64,000 bases of DNA from Candidatus Omnitrophota bacterium (lineage in GTDB: Bacteria > Omnitrophota > Gorgyraeia > Zapsychrales > JBDRMG01), in NCBI GenBank assembly GCA_043812495.1, contig JBDRMG010000008.1, positions 1,516 to 65,515 of the forward strand. The letters run 5' to 3'. Of this stretch, positions 9,354-18,735 are shown piece by piece (the first letter of the stretch is position 1; every line of letters begins with the position of its first letter). The translations under genes were made by a program, and so were the position numbers. The notes under the pieces are model-generated. The model was not told the origin of the DNA, made no database searches, and worked only from the letters and a program-made list of their open reading frames with translations.

Positions 9354-9753
9354 GGGGGTGAAAAGGGTTCGACTTAGGTTCGACAGCGTATAAGTGGCAT
9401 GCGGAGGAAGCTTGGTAGGCCTCCTTAATCATCCAAGCACCAAATAAACGCAAAAGAAAACGCGTTATTACTAGCGAAAGCTAGCTCCATTGTTGAGCCT
9501 GTTTTCGCTGGCGAAACAGTCTCAGTTATTCGATAACTGAGCCCTCTTATCAGCAATGCCTGTGGGCTGATAAAAGGTCGCAAGCAGGCTGGTTTCGCCG
9601 GTTGCTTTCACTGGCGGAATAAGACTTAAGAAAGCTGGTCCTGACTACGTTTGTCTGTTTAGAAGGCCAGGATGAGATTCAAAAAATAGACTAAGCATGT
9701 AGAGGCTTATACACTGTAACCCAAGGACGCGAGTTCGATTCTCGCCACCTCCA
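9354..9753 (+). ncRNA. ssrA: tmRNA (ssrA)
   Basis: 5' GGGGGTGAAAAGGGTTCGAC and 3' ...GACTAAGCATGTAG...GGACGCGAGTTCGATTCTCGCCACCTCCA match the conserved tRNA-like ends of tmRNA (compare E. coli GGGGCUGAUUCUGGAUUCGAC ... GACUAAGCAUGUAG ... GGGUUCAACUCCCGCCAGCUCCA). Acceptor pairing GGGGGTG/CACCTCC. Immediately downstream of smpB. Confidence 0.85.
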
Positions 9754-9945
9754 TTCTTCTTCGCTCAAATGTTTCGTCTCCCTTCGGTCGACTGCACGTT
9801 TGAGCTTCGAAGAATAAATTCTGCCGAAGAAGAATGCTCTACGAAGCCAAACGCGAAGGACCCCGATGATATATCGGGGACGAAGCATTTTGGCGTAGTA
9901 GAGCACTATTCCTTTTCAATTCTTTCCATAAGACATAGTTACTTT

Positions 9946-10188
9946 ATGTTCATCGTCTACATCATCACAAGTTTAAAAGACCCTTCTAAACATTACGTTG
10001 GCTTTACGAAAGACTTAGATAGACGTCTTATAGCCCATAATGCTCGAAAATCACTCTTTTCTAGAAAGTACTCTCCCTGGAAGATCGAATCTTATATTAC
10101 CTTTACCGATGAGAGGAAAGCTATAGCATTTGAGAAGTACCTTAAGAAAGGCTCTGGCCACGCCTTCCTTACGAAACACCTTATCTAA
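9946..10188 (+). CDS. Small GIY-YIG nuclease superfamily protein (COG2827-like)
   Basis: MFIVYIITS...HYVGFTKDLDRRLIAHN...FTDERKAIAFEKYLK matches GIY-YIG plus the downstream conserved Arg/Glu. The longer ORF from 9769 overlaps the ssrA flank, so the start at 9946 is preferred. Confidence 0.65.
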   Translation: MFIVYIITSLKDPSKHYVGFTKDLDRRLIAHNARKSLFSRKYSPWKIESYITFTDERKAIAFEKYLKKGSGHAFLTKHLI

Positions 10189-10395
10189 TCTACATCGCTC
10201 AAACAATTTGATTTCTATAAGGTTACAGCAAATTAATTTTAAGAAAATACATTCCACTTCCCTCCCTCTTCGCAAAAAAATCACACCCAGATTCTTAATT
10301 TTCGATATATAATTGAAGGAACTTTTTAGAACTAATATTGGTCTAAATATATAGATATCAAATTAAAAGTCTTATTTCCAAAGGATCCTCAGAAT

Positions 10396-13300
10396 ATGCT
10401 TGAGAAATTTGTACAATATTTTGTCAAACGCCATCTGGTGACCAATCTCATTTTTCTCACAGTCTTTGTCGGGGGAATTTTCTCTTGGCAACAGATCAAG
10501 AAAGAAGAGATGCCGGATGTGACCTTTGACCGGGTAAGTATTTCCGCAAGCTATCCGGGCGCAACCGCCGAAGAGGTCGAACATTTTGTCACCCGCCCTA
10601 TCGAAGAAGCCGTTGAAGGTTTAGACGGTGTGTACCGCGTCACCAGCTCCGCAAGCGAAGGCTCCACAAACGTATCCGTTGAAATCGAGCAGGATTACCC
10701 CAATAAGGACGAAGTTATTACGGAAATCCGTAATGCTGTGTTGGATGTGGATTTACCCGAAGATGTCCGCGATGATCCTTCTGTGCATGTTTTTAAAACC
10801 ACCAAAAGGGCCATTATTGACGTGGCTCTTATTCATACCGGCGTCCATCTTTTGGATGTAAAAACTCGTCAGACTCTGCAGGAATATGGTCATTCCCTTG
10901 AGAATCAATTAGTGAATTTGCCTCAGATCAATAGCGTTAATAGATCCGGATATCTCAAAGAAGAAATTCAAATCAAGGTTGATCCTCAAAAGTTGATCGA
11001 ATACGACATTCCCTTAAGCCAGGTGATCAATGAGGTCAAGAATAATCATGTGCGCCAACCGGCCGGAAATATTGAGGCCAAAAATGAACCCAAAGTCACT
11101 TTGAATGCTCAGTTAGATGACCGGGAGAAGCTTAACAATCTGATTATCCAGGCCGGTTTTGAAGGGATGGCCATTCCTCTCAAAGACATAGCGACTGTTG
11201 AGCGGGGATTTAACCAAAACAAAGAAATTATTAAAGTTGATGGCCATGAGGCGATTATATTCAATGTCGTTAAGAACAGTTCTTATGGTATTCTTGATTC
11301 GATTCATGCCGTTGACCAATTGACTCAACAATATGCGAAACAGCAATTGTCAGGTACCCCCATCAAGATTGTCGTCTTGGATGACGAATCCATTGATGTG
11401 CGCAACCGTTTATCCATCATTGCGTATAACGGCGGAATCGGATTTACCCTTATTCTTTTGACTTTGTTTATTTTTCTCGATAAACGCTCAGGGCTTTGGG
11501 TCGGAATGGGGATTCCTTTTACGATTTGTTTCACTTTGCTTGCCGCAACCATGATCGGGTATTCCATTAATAATATCACCCTTGCCGCGGTCATCATTGT
11601 CATGGGGATGGTTGTGGACGATGCGATTGTTGTGGCTGAAAATATTTCCCGCTTACGAGCGCAAGGAGTCAGTCCTTATGAAGCAACGGTGAAGGGAACA
11701 GCCCAGGTCTTTTTACCTATCGTCGCGAGTATTCTAACGACCTGTATTGCTTTTGTGCCGTTATTCTTCTTTTCGGGCCGGTTCGGCCAGCTCAATAAGT
11801 TTATTCCGACCATCATTTTTCTGATGCTGGGTGCAAGCCTTTTTGAATCTTTAGTTATTCTGCCCGGGCATATGCTCCTTGAGCTTCCCAAATTCAATAA
11901 CCATTTCAGGAAAAAAGAAGTAAGTCTACCAATATCCAAAGCCCATTGGTTCGAGGCCGTTGAAGAGCGCTATGGCCGCTTTTTGAGCCGTGTGTTGCCG
12001 CGTAAACATTTTGTTTTTCTGGCTTTTATTATTTTGCTTGTTGCCTGCGGTTTGATCGCCAAAGCGAAAATGAAATTTAGTATGTTTCCCAACGAGGAGA
12101 CCAGAGAAGTCAGCATTTCCGCTTACGCACCTGAACAGGCAGATCGTTATGAAACAGCAGACTTAACAAGAAAGATCGAAGACGTGATTCGTCCGTTTGT
12201 TGGAAAAGAAGTCGTCGGGATCCGAACGGAGATCGCCCGCAGCCGCCGGGGAGGGGCCGTTGAGGAAAACCGATTTCGTATGAGCGTAGAGATCGTTCCC
12301 AAAGAAAAACGCAGGAAATCCGCGGATCAACTCATTGCTCTATGGAAGAAAGACATCGACCAGATCGAAGGGCTTAATAAGTTAATCATCCAAAAAAGCC
12401 GATGGGGCCAATCGAGCGGTAGCGCCATAGAGATTATCGTTCAGGAAAACGACGATGCCTTGCGGGAGAAGGCCGCAGACACGCTGGCTTCTCTTATGAA
12501 AGAAAATCCAGCCCTGATCAATGTGGAGATTGAACGTCCGATCAAAATTCCGGAATATAAAATCAGCTTGAAACGCGAGAGAGTCAAGCGGTTATCCATC
12601 AGTCCATTGGATATTTCATCGGCCTTTCGCGCGAGCCTGGAAGGAAACGTTCTCTACGAAATACCCAAAGGTGATGAGGAAATCGACGTACGCTTAACCA
12701 TTATTGATGAGGCGAAAACGGATATAGAGAATATTCTGGATGTTCCTGTTGAAAACAGGAATGATTATCTTGTTCCCTTGCGTGATGTCGTTGACATCGA
12801 AGAGACACAGACGCCCAATGCAATTTCCAGGAGAGATGCCAAACGCACAACCGCTGTGTATGCCGATATCAATCCTAAAGCCAAAAAGACGCCGCTCGAG
12901 ATTGCGGTGACACTTGAGCGGGATGTTTTTCCCAAAGTCATTGCTAAGCAGCCGACGACCACGTTGTCATTCGGCGGCGAAATCCAGGATACCAGAGAAT
13001 CCGGGGGTGATTTTAAAAACGCGATCATTCTGGTTTTGTTTTTGATCTTTGCCGTTTTGGCGGTTCTCTTTAATTCTCTGTCGCGACCTTTGATTATCAT
13101 GCTCGCCATTCCTTTTGGCTTGGTCGGCGTGATTTTGGCGTTTTTGTTGCACGGAAAGCTTCTGTTTGGATTTTTTGCGGCCATCGGGGCCTTGGGGCTG
13201 GCGGGCGTTGTCATTAATGATTCCATTGTCATGATTGCCAAGTTGGATAAGGAATTGGCAAACCGGCAGGGCAGAATCTCAAACGAAGAGATCGCCGGTA

Positions 13301-13533
13301 TTGCTCAAACGCGTTTACGCGCGGTGATCTTGACGACCGTAACAACGGTTGTCGGTGTTTTGCCCACGGCTTATGGCTTGGCAGGGTATGATGCGATGCT
13401 CTCCGAAATGATGTTGGCCCTGGCGTGGGGGCTGACTTTTGGGACATTGATTACACTTTTGCTTGTTCCGTGCATCTACAGCTTCATGGAAGATATGCGG
13501 TTTAAAATTCGACAGGTGGTGAGCGCGATATGA
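10396..13533 (+). CDS. RND-superfamily inner-membrane efflux transporter (AcrB/HAE1-like), 1045 aa
   Basis: 12-TM layout with two large periplasmic loops. Conserved TM4 region (VVDDAIVVAENI). Confidence 0.85.
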   Translation: MLEKFVQYFVKRHLVTNLIFLTVFVGGIFSWQQIKKEEMPDVTFDRVSISASYPGATAEEVEHFVTRPIEEAVEGLDGVYRVTSSASEGSTNVSVEIEQDYPNKDEVITEIRNAVLDVDLPEDVRDDPSVHVFKTTKRAIIDVALIHTGVHLLDVKTRQTLQEYGHSLENQLVNLPQINSVNRSGYLKEEIQIKVDPQKLIEYDIPLSQVINEVKNNHVRQPAGNIEAKNEPKVTLNAQLDDREKLNNLIIQAGFEGMAIPLKDIATVERGFNQNKEIIKVDGHEAIIFNVVKNSSYGILDSIHAVDQLTQQYAKQQLSGTPIKIVVLDDESIDVRNRLSIIAYNGGIGFTLILLTLFIFLDKRSGLWVGMGIPFTICFTLLAATMIGYSINNITLAAVIIVMGMVVDDAIVVAENISRLRAQGVSPYEATVKGTAQVFLPIVASILTTCIAFVPLFFFSGRFGQLNKFIPTIIFLMLGASLFESLVILPGHMLLELPKFNNHFRKKEVSLPISKAHWFEAVEERYGRFLSRVLPRKHFVFLAFIILLVACGLIAKAKMKFSMFPNEETREVSISAYAPEQADRYETADLTRKIEDVIRPFVGKEVVGIRTEIARSRRGGAVEENRFRMSVEIVPKEKRRKSADQLIALWKKDIDQIEGLNKLIIQKSRWGQSSGSAIEIIVQENDDALREKAADTLASLMKENPALINVEIERPIKIPEYKISLKRERVKRLSISPLDISSAFRASLEGNVLYEIPKGDEEIDVRLTIIDEAKTDIENILDVPVENRNDYLVPLRDVVDIEETQTPNAISRRDAKRTTAVYADINPKAKKTPLEIAVTLERDVFPKVIAKQPTTTLSFGGEIQDTRESGGDFKNAIILVLFLIFAVLAVLFNSLSRPLIIMLAIPFGLVGVILAFLLHGKLLFGFFAAIGALGLAGVVINDSIVMIAKLDKELANRQGRISNEEIAGIAQTRLRAVILTTVTTVVGVLPTAYGLAGYDAMLSEMMLALAWGLTFGTLITLLLVPCIYSFMEDMRFKIRQVVSAI

Positions 13534-14960
13534 AGAAACGGCCTCTTTTGCTAATTTTTCTTTGTGTTTTTGCGACAGCTAGCCTTGTTACTTACTCTTA
13601 TGTTTCTGCCCAAAATTCATCCGTACAACAAGAAAATGAAAAAAACCTATCTATCCAAGACTTCATTACCCTCGCGACAAAGAATGATACGGCATTTGAA
13701 GAAATTCTTATCGATGCCTTGAAGCTCAATTACCGCAAAGACCTAAACCTGCCGGCCCGTGATCTTGTTTTATCCGTTAAGGGGCAATATGATTTCTTTC
13801 TCAGCCAGGACAGGGAAGACCCGGCAGTCAGCGTATCGTTAAGCAAGCTTTTTCCCTTTACGGGAACGGAAGTCGAAACTTCTTATGGCCTTACTCCTTC
13901 GGCAAGCTCAGATTCAAGGACATCAGAATTTAACCTTCTCATTTCCCAGCCTATTGCCCAGAACGCCTTCGGGGCGGCCACGCGCCTTCAGGACAAAATT
14001 ATCGGCGTTGAAATCGATGTCATACGCTATCAAATCATAGAGGCTTATGAAGATTATTTGGCGACTTTGATTAATACTTATTACAACTGGTACTCGGCGT
14101 ATGAAAATTTAAAGATCAGCGAATCTTCCTATGAGCAAAATGAGAAACTGCTTGAGAATATGAACAAAAGGGCTGAAAGCAAGATTGCCCTGCCCGTTGA
14201 TGTCAATAAAGTCAAGCTGCTTGTTATCGGCAAGCAAGAAAATGTCATTGAGCTAGAAGAAGTTTATAAGAATTCGCTCAATCTTATTTACAAGGCTATT
14301 CGCTACGAAGGCGGTGATGAGCTGATTCCACAGGATCCGTCTGGCTTCCATTTATTTGACATTGATTTTGAGAACGATTACCAAAAGTTTAATCAAGGAA
14401 GCCGTACCTATGAAATCCTAAATCTATTAGAGAAGAAGAGCACTCTGGAAGTTAGCAAGAATGCCGACGGCTTGCTTGTCTCAACAAAACTTTTATTCGG
14501 CTATCAAGTCGAAGGCGATGAATGGCCGATCAAAAACGAAGACAATATGGTTTACGCAGGGATTTCCGTGGAATGGCCGTTTCCCGACCAAGTCGAACGG
14601 GCACAATACGAAACAGCAAAAATTGAACAAGACAAAAGACGTCTGACCAATCAAAACACCTACCTGGAGCTTTATACAACGCTTAAGAATATCCATTTAC
14701 AAATTCAAAGGGAAAAGGCCCTGATCAAGCTCGCCGATGAGAAAATCGGTTTGGCTGAAGCAGTTCTCAAAGACGAATCTCGGAACTATTCCTTTGGGAA
14801 GATTACGCTGAATGACTATATTGATGCCGTGAATAAGGTGGATACCAACAAATTCAATAAGATTCTCCATACCGTCCAGCTCAAGAAACTTCTTTTGGAA
14901 TGGCTTAGGCTAACCGATTCTCTTGTTGATAGAAGCATCCTCAAGAGCTCATCCCGTTAA
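13530..14960 (+). CDS. Outer-membrane efflux protein (TolC/OEP family)
   Basis: Signal peptide. Two OEP-like repeats with coiled-coil heptads. ATGA start overlaps the RND stop. Confidence 0.75.
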   Translation: MKKRPLLLIFLCVFATASLVTYSYVSAQNSSVQQENEKNLSIQDFITLATKNDTAFEEILIDALKLNYRKDLNLPARDLVLSVKGQYDFFLSQDREDPAVSVSLSKLFPFTGTEVETSYGLTPSASSDSRTSEFNLLISQPIAQNAFGAATRLQDKIIGVEIDVIRYQIIEAYEDYLATLINTYYNWYSAYENLKISESSYEQNEKLLENMNKRAESKIALPVDVNKVKLLVIGKQENVIELEEVYKNSLNLIYKAIRYEGGDELIPQDPSGFHLFDIDFENDYQKFNQGSRTYEILNLLEKKSTLEVSKNADGLLVSTKLLFGYQVEGDEWPIKNEDNMVYAGISVEWPFPDQVERAQYETAKIEQDKRRLTNQNTYLELYTTLKNIHLQIQREKALIKLADEKIGLAEAVLKDESRNYSFGKITLNDYIDAVNKVDTNKFNKILHTVQLKKLLLEWLRLTDSLVDRSILKSSSR

Positions 14961-15021
14961 AGAGAATTCCCTCCTTTAGCGATTCAATAAAAAGTTCTCT
15001 AAGAACGTTATAAGAAAAGAC

Positions 15022-15058
15022 TTGACAAATTCCTCAACTGAGACTATATTAGTCTCAG
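15022..15058 (+). promoter_or_regulatory. Sigma70 promoter (TTGACA-17-TATATT) with an overlapping 8 bp inverted repeat CTGAGACT-atatt-AGTCTCAG, a candidate Rrf2/NsrR operator
   Basis: Read directly. The palindrome spans the -10 element, 13 nt upstream of the Rrf2 GTG start. Confidence 0.65.
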
Positions 15059-15070
15059 AAAGGGGAAACA

Positions 15071-15529
15071 GTGGTGAAGCTTATAACCAAGAATACAGAT
15101 TATGCCATCCGGGCTCTTGTGGCGCTGGGTCAGGTGGGCGATGATTATATATCGGCGCGCGATCTTTCTCTTAAGCAGTCCATACCCTATGAATATTTGA
15201 GAAAAATCCTGCAGGTGCTTATTGGTGATGATTTGGTGGAATCTAAGGAAGGCGGAAGCGGCGGCTTCAAGCTGAATCCCAAGGCTCTCAAAATAAAAGT
15301 GACGGATGTCATGCGTATTTTCCAGGGCGATATTCAGCTTTCCGCATGTATGTTCAGAAAGAAATTATGCCCGCATCGCGATCAGTGCGCTCTGCGGGAC
15401 AATATTCAACAGATTGAACGCTCCGTAATCAGGCAATTCGGAAATTTAACCGTTGAGATCTTGATCCAACAAACAAAGAGGAAAGGCTATGAAAAGAAAA
15501 GTGATCAAAATCGACGAAGAAAAATGTAA
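15071..15529 (+). CDS. Rrf2-family transcriptional regulator (NsrR/IscR-like, with three Cys ligands)
   Basis: N-terminal wHTH (YAIRALVAL...ISARDLS). C-x6-C-x5-C cluster (CMFRKKLCPHRDQC). GTG start. Upstream of hcp. Confidence 0.8.
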   Translation: MVKLITKNTDYAIRALVALGQVGDDYISARDLSLKQSIPYEYLRKILQVLIGDDLVESKEGGSGGFKLNPKALKIKVTDVMRIFQGDIQLSACMFRKKLCPHRDQCALRDNIQQIERSVIRQFGNLTVEILIQQTKRKGYEKKSDQNRRRKM

Positions 15530-16205
15530 CGGGTGCGGCGAGTGCATACCCGATTGTCCGGAAGGGGCCTTAAAGATCGTCGACGGAAAAGTTAAACTCA
15601 TGAGCGAATCCCTCTGCGACGGACTCGGCGCTTGTGTGGGGCGGTGCCCGGTGGGCGCATTAACTATTGAAGAAAGAGACGCCGAGGAATTTGACGAAGA
15701 AAAGGCTCAGGACAATATGGAAAAAATGCACAGCGATCCCTCTCATCAGACGTCACAAGCCCATCAGGGTTGTCCCGGGATGATGGCTCGTCAGTGGCAG
15801 GACAACAAATCGCAAGCCACCGCTACCGTCCAAGGCGGTTCCGCGTTACGCCAGTGGCCGATTCAGCTGAAATTATTGAATCCGCACGCACCCTATTTTC
15901 AGGACGCGGAGTTAGTGATTGCGGCCGATTGCGTTCCGTTCAGTTTTGCCAATTTCCACGAACGGTTTCTCAAAGGTAAAATCTTAATCATTTTCTGCCC
16001 CAAGCTTGATTTTGCCCATGAGGAGTATGTCCAAAAATTAACGGAAATCATCAAAAGCAACAACATTAAATCCCTGACGACCGTCCATATGGAAGTTCCC
16101 TGTTGTAACGGCACAACGGTCTTGGCCGAAGAGGCCCTAAAAAGTTCCGGGAAAAACTTAATTCTCAAAGATTACACCATATCTCTTCAGGGGGAGATTA
16201 TCTAA
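15489..16205 (+). CDS. 2x[4Fe-4S] ferredoxin-domain protein with a C-terminal Cys-containing domain of unknown function
   Basis: [12 protein letters not shown] and [12 protein letters not shown] ferredoxin motifs. C-terminal CPKL...VPCCNG. Confidence 0.6.
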   Translation: MKRKVIKIDEEKCNGCGECIPDCPEGALKIVDGKVKLMSESLCDGLGACVGRCPVGALTIEERDAEEFDEEKAQDNMEKMHSDPSHQTSQAHQGCPGMMARQWQDNKSQATATVQGGSALRQWPIQLKLLNPHAPYFQDAELVIAADCVPFSFANFHERFLKGKILIIFCPKLDFAHEEYVQKLTEIIKSNNIKSLTTVHMEVPCCNGTTVLAEEALKSSGKNLILKDYTISLQGEII

Positions 16206-16215
16206 AGGAAATTCT

Positions 16216-17853
16216 ATGAGCATGTTTTGTAACCAATGCCAGGAAACAGCAAAGAATACAGGATGCACCGTCAAAGGAATATGCGGAAAGGATGAGCGTA
16301 CATCCAATTTGATGGATTTGCTCACTTTTACTCTAACGGGTTTATCGCTTTATGCGGAGGAATCCGAAAAGCCGTTAGACCGTAAGTATGGTATTTTTGT
16401 CACGCAAGCACTGTTTGCCTCAATCACCAATGTCAATTTTGACGAAGAGAGGATTATCGCACTTATCCAGAAATCGTTGTTTTTGAGGGAAGAGCTTAAA
16501 AATCAAATCCTATGGACTCATAAAAATGAGCTTCTCCCGCCAGCCACGTGGACTGCTAAGTCGAAAGACGAATTCTTAAAGAAAGCAAAAGAAGTCAGCC
16601 CTATGTCTTTTGATCAAGATGAAGATGCGCGCTCCTTAAAATCCTTAATTCTCTATGGCTTAAGAGGGATAGCCGCATATGCAGATCACGCGGCTATCCT
16701 TGGGTTTTATAATGACCAAATTTTCTCCTTTTTCTTTAAGGCCTTAGCTGCCTTGCCCAAAACAATTCCCATCGATGAATTAACGAAAATGGTCCTTGAA
16801 ACCGGGGATATTGCCGTTAAGGCCATGGCTCTTTTGGACGAAGCCAACACATCGACCTACGGCCACCCGGAAATCACAAAAGTCAATATCGGCGTGCGCA
16901 AAAATCCAGGAATACTAATTTCCGGTCATGACTTAAAAGATATGGAAGAGCTCTTGAAGCAGACCGAAGGAACGGGTGTGGATGTGTACACGCACAGCGA
17001 GATGCTTCCGGCCAATTATTATCCGGCCTTTAAAAAGTATAAACACTTTATAAGCAATTACGGAAGCTCATGGTGGAATCAAAACAAAGAATTTGAATCC
17101 TTCCATGGGCCGATTTTAATGACAACCAATTGTATTACACCGGTCAAAGAATCCTACAAGCATCGTATTTTCTCAACGGGAATGGCCGGTTATCCGGGCG
17201 TCAAACATATCCTTGATCGAGAGGACGGAAAACAAAAAGATTTCTCAGAAATCATTGCGCTGGCAAAGACTTGTCCACCGCCTCAAGAATTAGAACAGGG
17301 AGAAATCGTCGGAGGATTTGCCCATCATCAAGTTTTGCAATTGGCGGATGACATTGTTCGGGCCGTTCAATCGGGGGCTATTAAACGGTTTGTCGTCATG
17401 GCCGGTTGCGATGGCCGTCACGCAACGAGAAATTATTTTTCTGAGGTTGCTCAAGGATTGCCCAAAGATGCGGTGATTTTAACCGCAGGATGCGCCAAGT
17501 ATCGTTATAATAAACTTAATTTGGGACATATCAACGGTATCCCGAGGGTCCTGGACGCCGGACAATGCAATGATTCTTATTCCCTAGCCCTTATTGCTTT
17601 AAAATTAAAAGAAGTGTTTGGTGTTAACGATATTAATGAGTTACCCATTTCTTTTGATATTGCGTGGTATGAGCAAAAGGCGGTCTGCGTACTTTTGGCT
17701 TTGCTCTCGCTGGGTTTTAAAGGAATCCGATTGGGTCCGACATTACCGGCCTTTGTATCGCCAAATGTATTGAAGGTTTTAGTAGAAAAGTTTGACATAA
17801 AACCCATACATAATGCTCGAGAGGACGTCGAGGCTATAATGGCGGGACGTTAA
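16216..17853 (+). CDS. hcp: Hydroxylamine reductase / hybrid-cluster protein
   Basis: N-terminal [23 protein letters not shown] Cys motif typical of Hcp. Length 545 aa. Conserved hybrid-cluster Cys/His/Glu positions towards the C-terminus. Confidence 0.85.
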   Translation: MSMFCNQCQETAKNTGCTVKGICGKDERTSNLMDLLTFTLTGLSLYAEESEKPLDRKYGIFVTQALFASITNVNFDEERIIALIQKSLFLREELKNQILWTHKNELLPPATWTAKSKDEFLKKAKEVSPMSFDQDEDARSLKSLILYGLRGIAAYADHAAILGFYNDQIFSFFFKALAALPKTIPIDELTKMVLETGDIAVKAMALLDEANTSTYGHPEITKVNIGVRKNPGILISGHDLKDMEELLKQTEGTGVDVYTHSEMLPANYYPAFKKYKHFISNYGSSWWNQNKEFESFHGPILMTTNCITPVKESYKHRIFSTGMAGYPGVKHILDREDGKQKDFSEIIALAKTCPPPQELEQGEIVGGFAHHQVLQLADDIVRAVQSGAIKRFVVMAGCDGRHATRNYFSEVAQGLPKDAVILTAGCAKYRYNKLNLGHINGIPRVLDAGQCNDSYSLALIALKLKEVFGVNDINELPISFDIAWYEQKAVCVLLALLSLGFKGIRLGPTLPAFVSPNVLKVLVEKFDIKPIHNAREDVEAIMAGR

Positions 17854-17932
17854 GTTTTTTTCTAAAGGAAGTTATCTGGCCGAAAGAGGCGGCCGTACAA
17901 GTACCCATAGGATCAAAACAACAAGGAGGTTA

Positions 17933-18397
17933 TTGATGAAACGGATTTTTATTATTGGTTTAGCTATTTTGTTTATTAGCGGTTTCCCTCCTTTTATCAT
18001 GGCACAGAATGATGACAGTCCAATGAAGGATCAGGGCATGATGATGGTCCCTATGACGAGCGGCGCAGGTATGATGGGTGAACAGGGCATGATGGGGCAG
18101 AAGAAGATAAAAGGAATGCACCCGATGGCCGGCATGATGATGAAGGCCATGACGGAAAAAACCCTTGTCCCAACCGAAGATGGAGGCGTTATCGTTTTAG
18201 TGGGCAATAAGTTAACGAAATATGACAAGAATCTTAATCTTGTCAAGGAAGTCGAAATAAAAGTCGATACCGAAGCCATGCGTCAGAATATGATGGATAT
18301 GATAAAAAACTGCCCCATGATGAAGGGCATGATGATGAATGAAAGCGCAACATCCGATCAGCCCGGTGATGAAGGGGCGCCGACAACCGGCAAATAA
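17933..18397 (+). CDS. Secreted methionine-rich protein (Met-rich repeats; possible Cu(I)/Ag(I)-binding or oxidant-sink periplasmic protein)
   Basis: Signal peptide. About 25% Met in clusters (GMMMVPM, GAGMMGEQGMMGQ, MHPMAGMMMKAM, CPMMKGMMMNE). Strong RBS AAGGAGG. Confidence 0.6.
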   Translation: MMKRIFIIGLAILFISGFPPFIMAQNDDSPMKDQGMMMVPMTSGAGMMGEQGMMGQKKIKGMHPMAGMMMKAMTEKTLVPTEDGGVIVLVGNKLTKYDKNLNLVKEVEIKVDTEAMRQNMMDMIKNCPMMKGMMMNESATSDQPGDEGAPTTGK

Positions 18398-18414
18398 TAA
18401 GAATTATAGCGATC

Positions 18415-18443
18415 CCTGCCTGTGAACAGGCAGGGATTTTTTT
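18415..18443 (+). terminator. Rho-independent terminator (CCCTGCCTG-tgaa-CAGGCAGGG followed by T7)
   Basis: Read directly after the Met-rich gene stop. Confidence 0.8.
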
Positions 18444-18497
18444 ATTGGAAGTATGCAAAAAAGAAAGCTAGAATGATAGAAATATCTCAGCTGGAAT

Positions 18498-18686
18498 TTT
18501 CGGATATTATTCTACTTTGCATAAGCAATGAAAATGATGGTATATGTCCTTCTTCGTCCGCCATTGTTTCGTTGGCGGACTCCGAAGGATTCCTCCATAG
18601 CCTTGGCGAAGGAGAACTTCGTAGAATATTCTCGTTGGAGTAATTTTCCGAAGCCTATACCGTTGCTTGCTATTGGTAAGGCGAAG
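18498..18686 (+). repeat. Structured intergenic repeat family 'R', copy 1 (contains an internal partial tandem duplication)
   Basis: Shares TATTCTACTTTGCATAA..CTTCGTAGAATATTCTC..CCGAAGCCT.TACC..GGCGAAGGAGAATA with 52932-53050. Copy 1 has an extra unit of about 70 nt. Confidence 0.8.
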
Positions 18687-18735
18687 GAGAATAGGATAAG
18701 TTCAAGTAATCTATGCAGATCCATAAGGGGGTTTT

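Noticed and set aside
9093-9377. 94 aa + ORF upstream of and overlapping ssrA
   Set aside because: Lies on the pseudo-ssrA and flank repeat and runs into the tmRNA 5' end. No RBS and no motif.
12765-13241. 158 aa minus-strand ORF inside the RND transporter gene
   Set aside because: Antisense to a strongly supported 1045 aa RND protein. Low-complexity translation with no motifs.
18422-18643. 73 aa ORF here and 65 aa ORF at 52872-53069 over the two 'R' repeats (similar ILLCISNEN/ILLCITNGN peptides)
   Set aside because: The similarity comes from the DNA repeat. The copies differ by frame-breaking indels, so the repeat is more likely non-coding.
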